Below are positions 39,833-51,630 of a DNA stretch of 64,000 nucleotides, in pieces. Positions within the stretch are counted from its first letter, which is position 1, and each line of letters begins with the position of its first letter. A program made the position numbers and the translations under genes. Origin of the DNA: Malacoraja senta (Eukaryota); NCBI GenBank assembly GCA_038087875.1, contig JAXLNO010000600.1, positions 62,001-126,000 on the forward strand, written 5' to 3'. A model generated the notes under the pieces. It was given only the letters and a program-made list of their open reading frames with translations, was not told the origin of the DNA and searched no databases.

Positions 39833-40842
39833 CGGAGTTTGCACGTTCTCCCTGTGACTGCGTGGGTTTTCTCCAGGTGCTCTGGTTTCCTCCCACATCC
39901 CAGAGACCGCACAGGTTTGTAGGTTTAACTGGGCCCTGTAAATTGCTCTCAGTCGGTAGTTGAGGGGGTAGAATCTCGATGGGAATGGAGATGGGATTAA
40001 TAACAGGGCATGACGCAAAGTGCTGGAGAAACTCAGCGGGGTCAGGCAGCATCCGTGGAGGGAATGGACAGACGACCATTGGGTTGGGACCCTCCCTTAA
40101 CACAGGGTTGGTGTAAAGAGGTGGCTTTTGGTCGGTGTGGACTCGAAGGGAGCATCTCTGTGCTGTTTCTCTCTTTAGTTCACTGAAACACACAACAAGA
40201 AACTAAACTAAAGAGAGATACAGCACGGAATGAAATCGGCCATTCATCTAGTGGGACGAACCAGTCAATAGACAACAAACAATAGATGCAGGAGTAGGCC
40301 ATTCGGCCCTTCGAGCCAGCACCGCCATTCAATGTGATCATGGCTGATCGCAATGAATGGCGGTGCTGGCTCAAAGGGCCGAATGGCCTCCTGCCCCTAT
40401 TTTCTATGTTTCCCTAGTGTGTGTAGGATAGTATTAGTCTGCGGGGGTGATCGCTGGTCGGCGCGGACCCGGTGGGCCGAAGGGCCTGTTTCTGCTCTGT
40501 ACCTCTAAACTAAACTAGACCAAAAATGGGAGCCAACGATGGGGGAGAGAAACGGACGGATCTGAAGCGTTAACTCTGTATCTTGCTGCACACACGCTGA
40601 CTGGCCAGCTGAGTGTTCCTCTATTTACAAGATGGGAGGAGGAGAGTTTCTTCTTCCCAACAGCAGGAGGCGGTAGCGAGCCCTAACCCTGGGAACGCAG
40701 GGATATATTACAGGGGGAGAGAGGTGGTGAGGGGAGGGGAGGTGAGGGGAAGGGAGGGGTGGGGTGGGGAGGGGAGGGGTGGGGTGGGGTGGGGAGGGGA
40801 GTGTCCACACAAGGCGATGGGGTCAAGGTTCATCATCCGCCA

Positions 40843-40984
40843 TTATCTGGAGCCAAACAACTGCAGAAGATTGATGAAGATTTGGGTGATGTCGGTGTAG
40901 AGCCTGAGGGCCCGTACACATACTCCTCCGGGCTAATCGAGTGCCGCCTGTTCCCAGGATCAGCTGAGTGTCATACGCCAAGAA
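40843..40984 (-). CDS. TMBIM1: TMBIM1 last coding exon (two apparent 1-bp frameshifts)
   Basis: ctcctgcag| acceptor. Restoring one G in each of two G-runs gives FLAYDTQLILGNRRHSISPEEYVYGALRLYTDITQIFINLLQLFGSR*, the canonical BI-1 family C-terminus. Confidence 0.85.
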
Positions 40985-41047
40985 CTGCAGGAGAGAGGGA
41001 GAGACGTGGGGAGCCATTAACAACGGGCACATTCTCCCCCTGGCCAC

Positions 41048-41087
41048 GTGGGTCTGAAGAAGGGTCTCGACCCGAAACGTCACCCAT
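41048..41087 (+). ncRNA. Candidate minimal type I hammerhead ribozyme in a Penelope terminal repeat
   Basis: gUGGGU-CUGAAGA-A-GGGUC-uc-GACCC-GAAAC-GUC-ACCCAu: core, stem II, palindromic ACGU in place of stem III, and stem I UGGGU/ACCCA. Confidence 0.55.
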
Positions 41088-42246
41088 TCCTTCTCTCCAG
41101 AGATGCTGCCTGTCCGCTGAGTTACTCCAGCATTTTGTGTTCCTGCTTTCTCCCCATATCCCTTGATTCTGTTAGCCCTCAGAGCTAAATCTAACTCTCT
41201 CTTGAATACATCCAGTGAATTGGCCTCCACTGCCTCCTGTGGCAGAGAATTCCACAGATTCACAACTGGGTGAAAAGGTTTTTCCTCATATCTGTCCAAA
41301 ATGGCCGACCCCTTATTCTTAAACTGTGGCCCCTGGTTCTGGACTCCTCCAACATCGGGAACATGTTTCCTGCATCTAGCCCGTCCAACCCCTTAATAAT
41401 TTTATATGTTTCCATAACATTCCCTCTCATCCTTCTAAACTCCATAGTATACAAGCCCATCCGCTCCTTTCTCTCAGCATATGACAGTCCCGCCATCCCG
41501 GGGAATTAACCTGGTGAACCTACGCTGTACTCCCTCAATAGCAAGAATGTCCTTCCTCAAATTAGGAGACAAAAGCTGCACACAATACTCCAGGTGTGGT
41601 CTCACCAGGGCCCTGTACGTCTGCAATTTGAGGAAGGACATCCTTGTGATTGAGGCAGTGCAGCGTTGGTTCACGAGATTGATCCCTGGGATGGCGGGAC
41701 TATCATATGAGGAAAGATTGAAATGACTAGGCTTGTATTCACTGGAGTTTAGAAGGTGAGGGGGAGGAACTTATAGAAACATATAAATTATAAAAGGACT
41801 GGACAAGCTAGATGTAGGAAAATTTTTCCCGATGTTGGGCGAGTCCAGAACAGAGGCCACAGTCTTAGAATAAAGGGGAGGTCATTTAAGACTGAGGTGA
41901 GAAAAAACTTTTACACCCAGAGAGTTGTGAATTTATGGAATTCCCTGCCACAGAGGGCAGTGGAGGCCAAGTCACTGGATGGATTTAAGAGAGAGTTAGA
42001 TAGAGCTCTAGGGCTAGTGGAGTCAAGGGATATGGGGAGAGGCAGGCACGGGGTTATTGATAGGGATGATCAGCCATGATCACAATGAATGTCGGTGCTG
42101 GCTCGAAGGGCCGAATGGCCTCCTCCTGCACCTATTTTCTACGTTTCTATGGGAGCAGGGCCCTATACAGCTGCATTGGGAGCAGGGCCCTGTACGGCGA
42201 CTGCAGTGGGGGATAAGGTTACACGACAGGGGGCAGCGTTACTCAC

Positions 42247-42300
42247 CAGGGTGAATACAATGGCAGCGATGGCGGAGTAGAGCATGTGGAGCCAGGGAAT
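42247..42300 (-). CDS. TMBIM1: TMBIM1 penultimate coding exon
   Basis: ccctgcag| acceptor and |GTGAGT donor; 54 nt. IPWLHMLYSAIAAIVFTL. Confidence 0.9.
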
Positions 42301-42469
42301 CTGCAGGGAGCAAAGGGCAAATGATTAATCACGGCGTCCATTATTCCACAACAACATCACCTCACAAACGTCCAGACTCTCGCGCAAGTACGGGGAGGGG
42401 AGTCAATAGACAACAGGTGCAGCAGTAGGCCATTCGACCCTTCAAGCCAGCACCGCCATTCAATGTGAT

Positions 42470-42519
42470 TGTAGATTAGTGTCACTCATACTATTGGACC
42501 GCCCACAGGCTAATTAGAG

Positions 42520-42557
<38 letters not shown>

Positions 42558-42656
42558 GCAGACTAGCAGTATGCATGTGGAGACGATAGCACCTTGTGTT
42601 TCCTCTACAGACTAATGGATTCTAATCACTATGTTTGAGTCTGAACATTTCCAACA
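42470..42656. mobile_element. Solo LTR (187 bp) inserted in a CR1 tail
   Basis: TG...CA termini and a 5-bp TSD GTGAT; contains (CT)n. Confidence 0.75.
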
Positions 42657-43473
42657 GTGATCATGGCTGATCATCCCCAATCAGTACCCCGTTCCTGCCT
42701 TCTCCCCATATCCCTGACCCCGCTATTTTTAAGATCCAGAAAACCGGCCTCCACAGAGGCAGAGTATTCCACAGATTACAACTCTGGGTAAAAAAGTTTT
42801 TCCTCATCTCCGTTCTAAATGGCCTACCGCTTATTCTTAAACTGTGGCCCCTGGTTCTGGACTCCCCAACATCAGGAACATGTTTCCTGCCTCTAGCGTG
42901 TCCAATCCATTAACAATCTTATATGTTTCAATGAGATCGCCTCTCATCCTTCTAAACTCCAGAGTGTACAAGCCCAGCCGCTCCATTCTCTCAGCATATG
43001 ACAGTCCCGCCATCCCGGGAATTAACCTCGTGAACCTGCACTGCACTCCCTCAATAGCAACTATTTTCTAAATGGGAGGAGAATTCAGAACTCGGAGGTG
43101 CCAAGGGACTTTAGGAGTGTTGGTGCAGGATTCCCAAAAAGTTAATTTGCAAGCTGAATCGGTAGTAAGGAAGGCAAACTCAACGCTAGCATACATTTCG
43201 AAAGGGATGTAATGCTGAGGCTCTATAAGGCACTGGTCAGGCCGCATTTGGAATATTGTGAGCAGTTTTGGGCCCCGTATCTGAGGAAGGATGTGCCGGC
43301 TCTGGAGAGGAGGTTTACAAGAATGATCCCAGGAATGAGTGGGTTAACATATGATGAGCGTTTGACGGCACTGGGCCTGTACTCTCTGGAGTTTAGAAGG
43401 TTAAGGGGGGACCTCATTGAAACTTGCAGAATAGTGAAAGGCCTGGAGTGGATGTGGAGAGGATGTTTCTAAT

Positions 43474-45595
43474 GGCTAGGGTGGCTAATGTAACCCCACT
43501 TTTTAAAAAGGGAGGGAGAGAGAAAACGGGGAATTACAGACCAGTTAGTCTAACATTGGAGGTGGGGAAAATTCTGGAGTCAGTTATTAAAGATGGGATA
43601 GCAGCACATTTGGAAAGTGGTGAATTCATTGGACAAAGTCAGCATGGATTTATGAAAGGTAAATCATGTCTGACGAATCTTATAGAATTTTCGAGGATGT
43701 AACTAGTAGAGTGGATAAGGGAGAACCAGTGGATGTATTATATCTGGACTTTCAGAAGGCTTTCGACAAGGTCCCACATAAGAGATTAGTATGCAAACTT
43801 AAAGCACACAGTATTGGGGGTTCAGTATTGATGTGGATAGAGTACTGGCTGGCAGACAGGAAGCAAAGAGTAGGAGTAAACGGGTCCTTTTCACAATGGC
43901 AGGCAGTGACTAGTGGGGTACCGCAAGGCTCAGTGCTGGGACCCCAGCTATTTACAATATATATTAATGAGCTAGATGAGGGAAATTGAATGCAACATCT
44001 CCAAGTTTGCGGATGACATGAAGCTGGGGGGCAGTGTTAGCTGTGAGGAGGATGCTAGGAGGCTGCAAGGTGACTTAGATAGGTTGGGTGAGTGGGCAAA
44101 TGCATGGCAGATGCAGTATAATGTGGATAAATGTGAGGTTATCCACTTTGGTGGCAAAAACAGAAAGTAGACTATTATCTGAATGGTGGCCGATAGGAAA
44201 AGGGGAGCTGCAACAAGACATGGGTGTCATGGTACACCAGTCATTGAAAGTAGGCATGCAGGTGCAGCAGGCAGTGAAGAAAAGGCAAATGGTATGTTAG
44301 CATTCATAGCAAAAGGATTTGAGTATAAGAGCAGGGAGGTTCTACTGCAGTTGTACAGGGTCTTGGTGAGACCACACCTGGAGTATTGCGTACAGTTTTG
44401 GTCTCCTAATCTGAGGAAAGACATTCTTGCCATAGAGGGAGTACAGAGAAGGTTCACCAGACTGATTCCTGGGATGGCAGGACTTTCATATGAAGAAAGA
44501 CAGGATAGACTCGGCTTGTACACGCTAAAATTTAGAAGATTGAGGGGGGATCTTATAGAAACTTACAAAATTCTTAAGGGGTTGGACAGGCTAGATGCAG
44601 GAAGATTATTCCAGATGTTGGGGAAGTCCAGAACTAGGGGTCACAGTTTAAGGATAAGAGGGAAGTCTTTTAGGACCGAGATGAGAAAATCATTTTTACA
44701 CAGAGAGTGGTGAATCTGTGGAATTCTCTGCCACAGAAGGTAGTTGAGGCCAGTTCATTGACTATATTTGTTATGCGCTCCCTCTGGTTTTGTATTATGT
44801 TATTGGCCTTTGAGGTATTTACTTTTGGCGGCCGTAACATAATTATGGGGCTCGTCCGGGATTAAGCTTGGGCCAGGAGCGGGTAGATGCACACAGATTA
44901 AATTATTATTAACAGGAGATAATTATGTTACGGCCGCCAAAAGTAAATACCTCAAAGGCCAATAACATAATACAAAACCAGATTCAAATGAAAATATTAT
45001 TTATTTTTCACTAACAACAAGAATTTACCAACAAGGACGCATTGCAACAGCAATGTCCCACACGCCCTTAGGCCATTTCAGTGATATAGCCACACGCTCA
45101 AACAAAGTGAAATATTTATCAACATCTTTTTCACTGAACGGTGGAACCAAACGAATATTTCTGCTCACATCAAACTCATGCTCTTTAGAAGAGAACCGGG
45201 AAATATCTAATTCCTTCTCCCGCAGCTGAAATTCAGCCCTTTTGGTTTCCTCCTCAAGCCGTTTCATTTCAAGAACATGCATGAGCTCCATTCTCTGTGA
45301 CTCAAGCTCCATCTCCTTCAGTTTAATGATGGCCTCCATGTTCTGAACTGGCTGTATAGATTTATGACTGTCAGGACTACTAGGCAACACCTCTTGATCA
45401 ACCAAAGTAGTCCATAACAACGTCTTAATTTAAGAGGGAGTTAGATGTGGCCCTTGTGGCTAAAGGGATCAGGGGGTATGGAGAGAAGGAAGGGATGGGA
45501 TATTGAGTTGGATGATCAGCCATGATCATATCGAATGATATGATCGAAGGGCCGAATGGCCTACTCCTGCACCTATTTTCTATGTTTCTATGTTT
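43474..45595 (+). mobile_element. CR1 LINE interrupted by the Gypsy remnant
   Basis: RT motifs [10 protein letters not shown] and KFADD; the tail resumes at about 45428. Confidence 0.93.
44769..45425. mobile_element. Rearranged Gypsy remnant: LTR end, tRNA-Pro PBS and gag fragment
   Basis: ...TAACA-TAATTA-TGGGGCTCGTCCGGGAT. Minus-strand ORF 45025-45420 has FDVSRNIRLVPPFSEKDVDKYFTLFERVA...WPK, a gag-like motif. Confidence 0.8.
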
Positions 45596-46980
45596 CCACC
45601 AGAGGGCACAGCCTCAGAATTTAAGGAAGTTCCATTCTGGAAAGAGATGAGGAGAATTTCTTTAGTCAGAGGGTTTTGAATCTGAGGGATCTACACCTCG
45701 CGCTGCCTCGGCAAGGCCAGCAGCATAATCAAGGACCAGTCTCACCCCCGGTCACTCCCTCTTCTCCCCTCTCCCATCGGGCAAGAGGTACAGAAGTGTG
45801 AAAACGCACACCTCCAGATTCAGGGACAGTTTCTTCCAGGATGTTATCAAGCAACTGAACCGTCCTCTCACCAACTAGAGAGCGGTCCTGACCTCCCATC
45901 TACCTCATTGATGACCCTCGCACTATCCTTGATTGGACTTTACTGGCTTTACCTTGCACTAAACGTTATTCCCTTTATCCTGTATCTGTACACTGTGGAC
46001 GGCTCGATTGTAAGCATGTATTGTCTTTCTGCTGACTGGTTAGCACGCATCAAAAAAAGCTTTTCACTGTACCTCGGTACACGGGACAGTAAACTGAACT
46101 GCACTAAACTAATGTAGGGTGGGTGATTGCAACCTTCACGTGGTCCACCCTGTTTCGACGAATGCAATCAACCTGGCGTGCACAATCAGAAGATCAAACA
46201 GAACAAGGTCTCGGCCCGAAAACGTTGCCTTTTTCCTTCGCTCCATAGATGCTGCCGCACCCGCTGAGTTTCTCCAGCACTTTTGTCTACCTTCAAACAG
46301 AACAAGTTGTCTTACAACTTTAGGCTGTGCACGCCATACGCAAGAAGAAGAAGAATATACTATACTAAACTAAAGTACACTAAGCTATATTGAACTACAC
46401 TAAAGTAAACTACACCACATTACAGTAAAGTATACTGCACTAAACTAAAATAAACCAAAATAAACAAACAAACTTAAACTACACCAGACTAAACCTTCAC
46501 CGCGGGGACCACGTTTCTGGGGTAGAATCGTGGAGTAGATCGTTCAACAGTGAACCTCTGTGTTGATGTGAAGACCCTGCGACCCGTCCTCATCATTCCC
46601 CTTCCCCTGGACCTCCCCGCACCCCCTCTCCCTCTCCCCCTTCCACTCCCCTCCCCTTCTCTCCCCCTCACCCTCTCCCCCCTCACCTACTCTCCCCATC
46701 TCTTCCCTCCTCTTCCCCTCACCCTCCCCCTTCCACTCCCCTCCCCTTCCCCTTCCCCTCACCCTTCCACTCCCACCTTCTCTCCTCCCCCCTCCCTCTC
46801 CCCTCCCCCTCCCACCACTCCCCTCCGCTTCTCTCCCTCCCCTCTCCCCTCCCCATCTATCTTCTCTCTACCACCCCCACACACCCACCTTACTCCCTCT
46901 CCCAACCTCACCCCCCCAACCCTAATCCTAACCCCCTCCCCTTCCATACTCTCCTCCCCCCCCTCCCGCCCCCCACGTAC

Positions 46981-47076
46981 GTATTTGAAGGAGAGGGTGA
47001 TGGAGATCACGATGCCGGACACAAACAGGCCGATGCCGAGCGCGCAGAACAGTCCGCGGCACGAGGTGAAGTCCAC
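46981..47076 (-). CDS. TMBIM1: TMBIM1 (lifeguard 3, BI-1 family) third-from-last coding exon
   Basis: gctgcag| acceptor and |GTACGT donor; 96 nt. VDFTSCRGLFCALGIGLFVSGIVISITLSFKY, compare human VDFTSCTGLFCVLGIVLLVTGIVTSIVLYFQY. Synteny with PNKD favours TMBIM1 over its paralogs. Confidence 0.9.
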
Positions 47077-47663
47077 CTGCAGCAGGAAGGCAGCGTCAAT
47101 GTGGGAAGGAGGGAGAGAGGTGGACCCTGCCCGGTCCATCACAGAACTGCCCGCCCCCCACCATCGAAAGTCCATCACAGTACTGACCTCCCCACCATCG
47201 AAGGTCCATCACAGTACTGACCTCCCCACCATCGAAGGGATCTACAGGAGGCGCTGCCTCAAAAAGGCAGCCAGCATCATCAGAGACCCACACCACCCTG
47301 GCCACACTCTCATCTTGCTGCCACCATCGGGAAGAAGGTACAGGAGCCTGAAAACCGTGACCTCCAGGTTCAAGAACAGCTTCACTTTCAGCTTTAGAGA
47401 TACTGCGTGGAAACAGGTATTTCGGCCCAGCGAGTCCACGCCGACCAGCGACCACCCCTTCTCACCAGCACTGTTTTACACACTAGGGACAATTTCCAGA
47501 AGCCAATTAACGTGTGGGAAGGAACTGCACTCACTGGTTTACAGTGAAGATCAACACAAAGAATTAATTCTCCGCCATCCTCAACCACTCTCCCTTGCCC
47601 GATCTCCGCCACTTGTGATGTTCCCCCCCCCACCACTCCTCCCCCTTGTGTTTAGATCACCTC

Positions 47664-47863
47664 NNNNNNNNNNNNNNNNNNNNNNNNNNNNNNNNNNNNN
47701 NNNNNNNNNNNNNNNNNNNNNNNNNNNNNNNNNNNNNNNNNNNNNNNNNNNNNNNNNNNNNNNNNNNNNNNNNNNNNNNNNNNNNNNNNNNNNNNNNNNN
47801 NNNNNNNNNNNNNNNNNNNNNNNNNNNNNNNNNNNNNNNNNNNNNNNNNNNNNNNNNNNNNNN
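47664..47863. other. Assembly gap (200 N)
   Basis: Run of N. Confidence 1.
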
Positions 47864-48049
47864 GTGGGGGGGTGAGAGAGTGGGGGGGAGTGTGAGGGAG
47901 TGTGGGGGGTGAGAGAGTGTGGGGGGGGTGGGGGAGTGTGGGGGGTGGGGTAGGAGCCAGGATGGGGAGTGATAGGGGTGAGGGGTGGCGGGGAGGACCA
48001 TGGTCCCTGGAGTCCAGGATCAGGCAACAGAGCCTGGAGACTGGCCTAG

Positions 48050-48791
48050 GTCTGTGTGTGTAACACTGGGGTATAGTACCGGTGGGGACGGGTCTGTGTG
48101 TGTGTGTAACACTGGGGTACAGTACTGGTGGGGACGGGTCTGTCTGTATAACACTGGGGTACAGTACCGGTGGGGACGGGTCTGTGTGTATAACACTGGG
48201 GTACAGTACCAGTGGGGACGGGTCTGTCTGTATAACACTGGGGTACAGTACTGGTGGGGACGGGTCTGTGTGTATAACACTGGGGTACAATACTGATGGG
48301 GATGGGTCTGTGTGTGTAACACTGGGGTACAATACTGATGGGGATGGGTCTGTGTGTTTAACACTGGGGTACAGTACCGGTGGGGACGGGTCTGCGTGTG
48401 TGTGTGTAACACTGGGGTACAGTTCCCGTGGGGACGGGTCTGTGTGTGTATAACACTGGGGTACAGTACCATTGGGGACGGGTCTGTGTGTGTGTAACAC
48501 TGAGGTACAGCACCGGTGGGGACGGGTCTGTGTGTGTAACACTGGGGTACAGTACCGGTGGGGACGGGTCTGTGTGTGTGTAACACTGGGGTACAGTACC
48601 GATGGGGATGGGTGCGTGTGTGTGTAACACTCGGGTACAGTACCGGTGGGGACGGGTCTGTGTGTGTGTAAGACTGGGGTACAGTACCAGTGGGGATGGG
48701 ACTGTGTGTATAAGACTGGGGTACAGTACCGGTGGCGACGGGTCTGTGTGTGTGTAACACTGGGGTTTAGTACCGCTGGGGACGGGTCTGT
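48050..48791. repeat. About 39-43 bp minisatellite (GTAACACTGGGGTACAGTACCGGTGGGGACGGGTCTGTGTGT)n
   Basis: Visible tandem array next to the gap. A single reverse copy occurs at about 9183-9234. Confidence 0.95.
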
Positions 48792-49949
48792 TTTAGAACC
48801 GTTTATTCATGGTACTCTTTGGTACAGCATCTATGGGGACTGGTTTCATTCGTAAGTTTGCAGATGACATTAAAATAGTCTTTCCCGGTGCGGCAGAGGT
48901 TCACCTGCACCTCCTCCAACCTCATCTCTCGCATCCGCTGCTCTAGGTGTCAGCTGCTCTACATCGGTGAGACCAAGCGTAGGCTTGGCGATCGCTTTGC
49001 CCAACACCTCCGCTCGGTTCGCAATAACCAACCTGATCTCCCGGTGGCTCAGCACTTCAACTCCCCCTCCCATTCCAAATCCGACCTTTCTGTCCTGGGC
49101 CTCCTCCACTGTAAGTTGGAGGAGCAGCACCTCATATTTCGCTTGGGTAGTTTACACCCCAGCGGTATGAATATTGACTTCTCCAAAATCAGTCTAAGGA
49201 AGGGTCTCGACCTGAAACGTCACCTATTCCTTCGCTCCATAGATGCTACCTCACCCGCTGAGTTTCTCCAGCATTTTTGTCTACCTTAAAATAGGTGATG
49301 CTCTAGGTGGTGAAGATATTATTAGGAATTACAGTGGTTTAGGTTTATTATTGTCATGTGTGCTTAGGCACATGGAAGAGCAGTTATCAGATCAGATAAT
49401 TCTATATATAATCAAGCTGAACGTAATTACAATAGGTAGAGCAAAGGGGAAGATACAGAGTACAGAATATAGTTCTTAGAATTGTAGTGCATCAGTTCCA
49501 ATGTCCGCATTGGGGTAGAGGTGAATCGGACAGTACCCTAGCTTATAGAAGGACCGTTCAGAAGCATGATAACAGAGGTGAAGAAGCTGTTCCTGAGTGT
49601 AGTCAGTCAATTTATTTGCATAGCACATTTAAAAACAACTCGCGTGACCAAAGAGCTGTACATCAATGCAGATACTAATGTGCTACATACAATGGTACAC
49701 AGACCTAACAATACATACATAAACTGTTACAGCTTCCCCTCAGAGGGCCTCAAAATGCTAGGGAGTAGAAATAGGTTTTGAGCCTCAATTTAAAGGAGTC
49801 GATGAAGGGGGCAGTTCTGATGAGGAGAGGGATGCTGTTCCACAGTCTAGGTGCTGCAACCGCAAACTGGTGGTGCCAGTCTGCTGAGAAGTGGATTTTC
49901 GGAAGTCAAACCACGCCTGGACCCTTCACAGTGAGCGCTAGATTCTTGC

Positions 49950-51630
49950 AGAGATAGACACACAAAATGCTGGAGTAACTCAGCGGGACAGGCAGCATCT
50001 GGGCGGAAGGAACGGGTGACGTTTTGGGTCGAGACCCTTCTTCAGACTGAATGTCGGGAGGGGGATATGCAGATATAAGGATGTGTAAGGTGTGAGAACG
50101 AGACATCAAAGGGGGTGGAGATGAAGGATAATGTAGAATAGATCATTGTGAGCTAGGAGAAGGTAACAACAAAGCAAACAGAATAAAATATAATCAGGGA
50201 CAGTTAGACTCAGGACAGAAAGGTCAGTATGGGAATGGGAGGGGAGTTAGCAACCAAGCGATCAGGTAGGTTTAGGTGGACTGAGCGGAGGTGTTCAGCG
50301 AAACGATCGCCGAGCCTGCACTTGGTCTCATCGATATACAGCAGTCCACACCTGGTACAGCGGATACAGTAGATGAGGTTGGAGAAGGTACAAGTGAACC
50401 TCTGCCTCACCTGAAAGGACTGTCCATTGGACAGAATCGAGGGGGGGGGGGGGTATAGGGACAGGTGTTGCATCTCCTGCAGTTGCAGGGGAAACTACTT
50501 GGAGAGGGGTTGGTTTGGGTGGGAAGGGACGAGTTAACCAGGGAGTTGCAGAGGGAACGGTGTCTGCGGAAGGCGAATAGGGGTGGAGATGGGAAGATGT
50601 GAATAGTAGTGGGATCCCGTTGGAGGTGGTGAAAATGTCGGAGAATTATATCCTGTATGCGGCAGCTGATGGGGTGAAAGGCGAGGACTGAATGGGACTC
50701 TGTCTCTGTTGCGACTGGGGGGGGAGAGGGAGCAAGAGCGGAGCTGCGGGATATCGAGGAGACCCTAGTGAGGGCCTCATCTATGATGGAAGAGGGGAAC
50801 CCCCGATCCCTAAAGAATGAGGACATCTCAGATCTCCTAGTATGGAACACCTCATCTTGGGCGCAGATGCGGCATAGACGGAGGAATTGGGAGTAGGGGG
50901 TAGAGTCTTTGCAGGAAGCAGGGTGGGAAGAACTGTGGTCTAGATAGCTGTGGGAGTCAGTGGGTTTATAATAGATGTCAAGCAATAGTCTGTCTCCTGT
51001 GATAGAGACGGTGAGATCAAGAAACGGTAGGGAGATGTCGGAGACGGTCCAAGTGAATTTGTGTGCAGGATTGAAATTAGTAGTGAAGTTAATGGACCTG
51101 TCCCACTTGGCGATTTTTTTAGGCAACTGCCGGCGACTGTCATAGTCGTAGCAGGTCGCCGACAAAAAACGGCGACAACCTACGTCATGCTGGCGACACC
51201 TACGACAGCACCTACGTCAGGAGAAGTCAAGCTACGCTCATTGGCATCAAACCCACTGTCACTGAAAAATTTTCAACATGTCGAAAATTTAGCACCGACC
51301 AGAAAGATGCTACGGCTTTTTGCGCGACTGAGGAGACAACTCCCGGCGACCACCGCCGAACATGTGGTGACAAACTGGTCGCCTGTAGTTGCCCAGAAAA
51401 TCACCTAAGTGGGCAGGCCCATTAATGAAGTCCATGAGTTCTACATTGATGACTGCAATGCAGGAGGTAGCCCCGATGCAGTCATGAATGTAGTGGGGAT
51501 AGATTTCGGGGATAGGGCCAGTGTACACCTGGAACAGGGATTGCTCGACGTACCCTACAAAGAGGCAGGCATAGCTGGTGCCCATACGAGTGCCCATGGC
51601 TACGCCTTGGATTTGAAGAAAGTGGGATTG
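49950..51630 (-). mobile_element. Penelope-like element: RT and GIY-YIG fragments
   Basis: QGVAMGTRMG.SYACLFVGYVE, PFLDL, YYKPTDSHSYL...SSHP, and the GIY-YIG motif NLIYCIRC.RC..LYI.ETK.RL.DRF.EH. Confidence 0.92.
51093..51421. mobile_element. MITE with TIRs, flanked by TTAA, inserted in a Penelope RT; superfamily unresolved
   Basis: TTAA-TGGACCTGTCCCACTT...AAGTGGGCAGGCCCA-TTAA. Removing it restores the host DFINFTTNF frame. Confidence 0.8.

Noticed and set aside
48797..48851. Possible plus-strand exon (ttttag...GTAAGT)
   Set aside because: The apparent donor is part of AAGTTTGCAGATGAC, a CR1 KFADD fragment; no recognisable protein.
47652..48855. Long repetitive ORFs (THTDPSPPVLYPSV)n
   Set aside because: Translation of a minisatellite and of the N gap; open in several frames with no splice or homology support.
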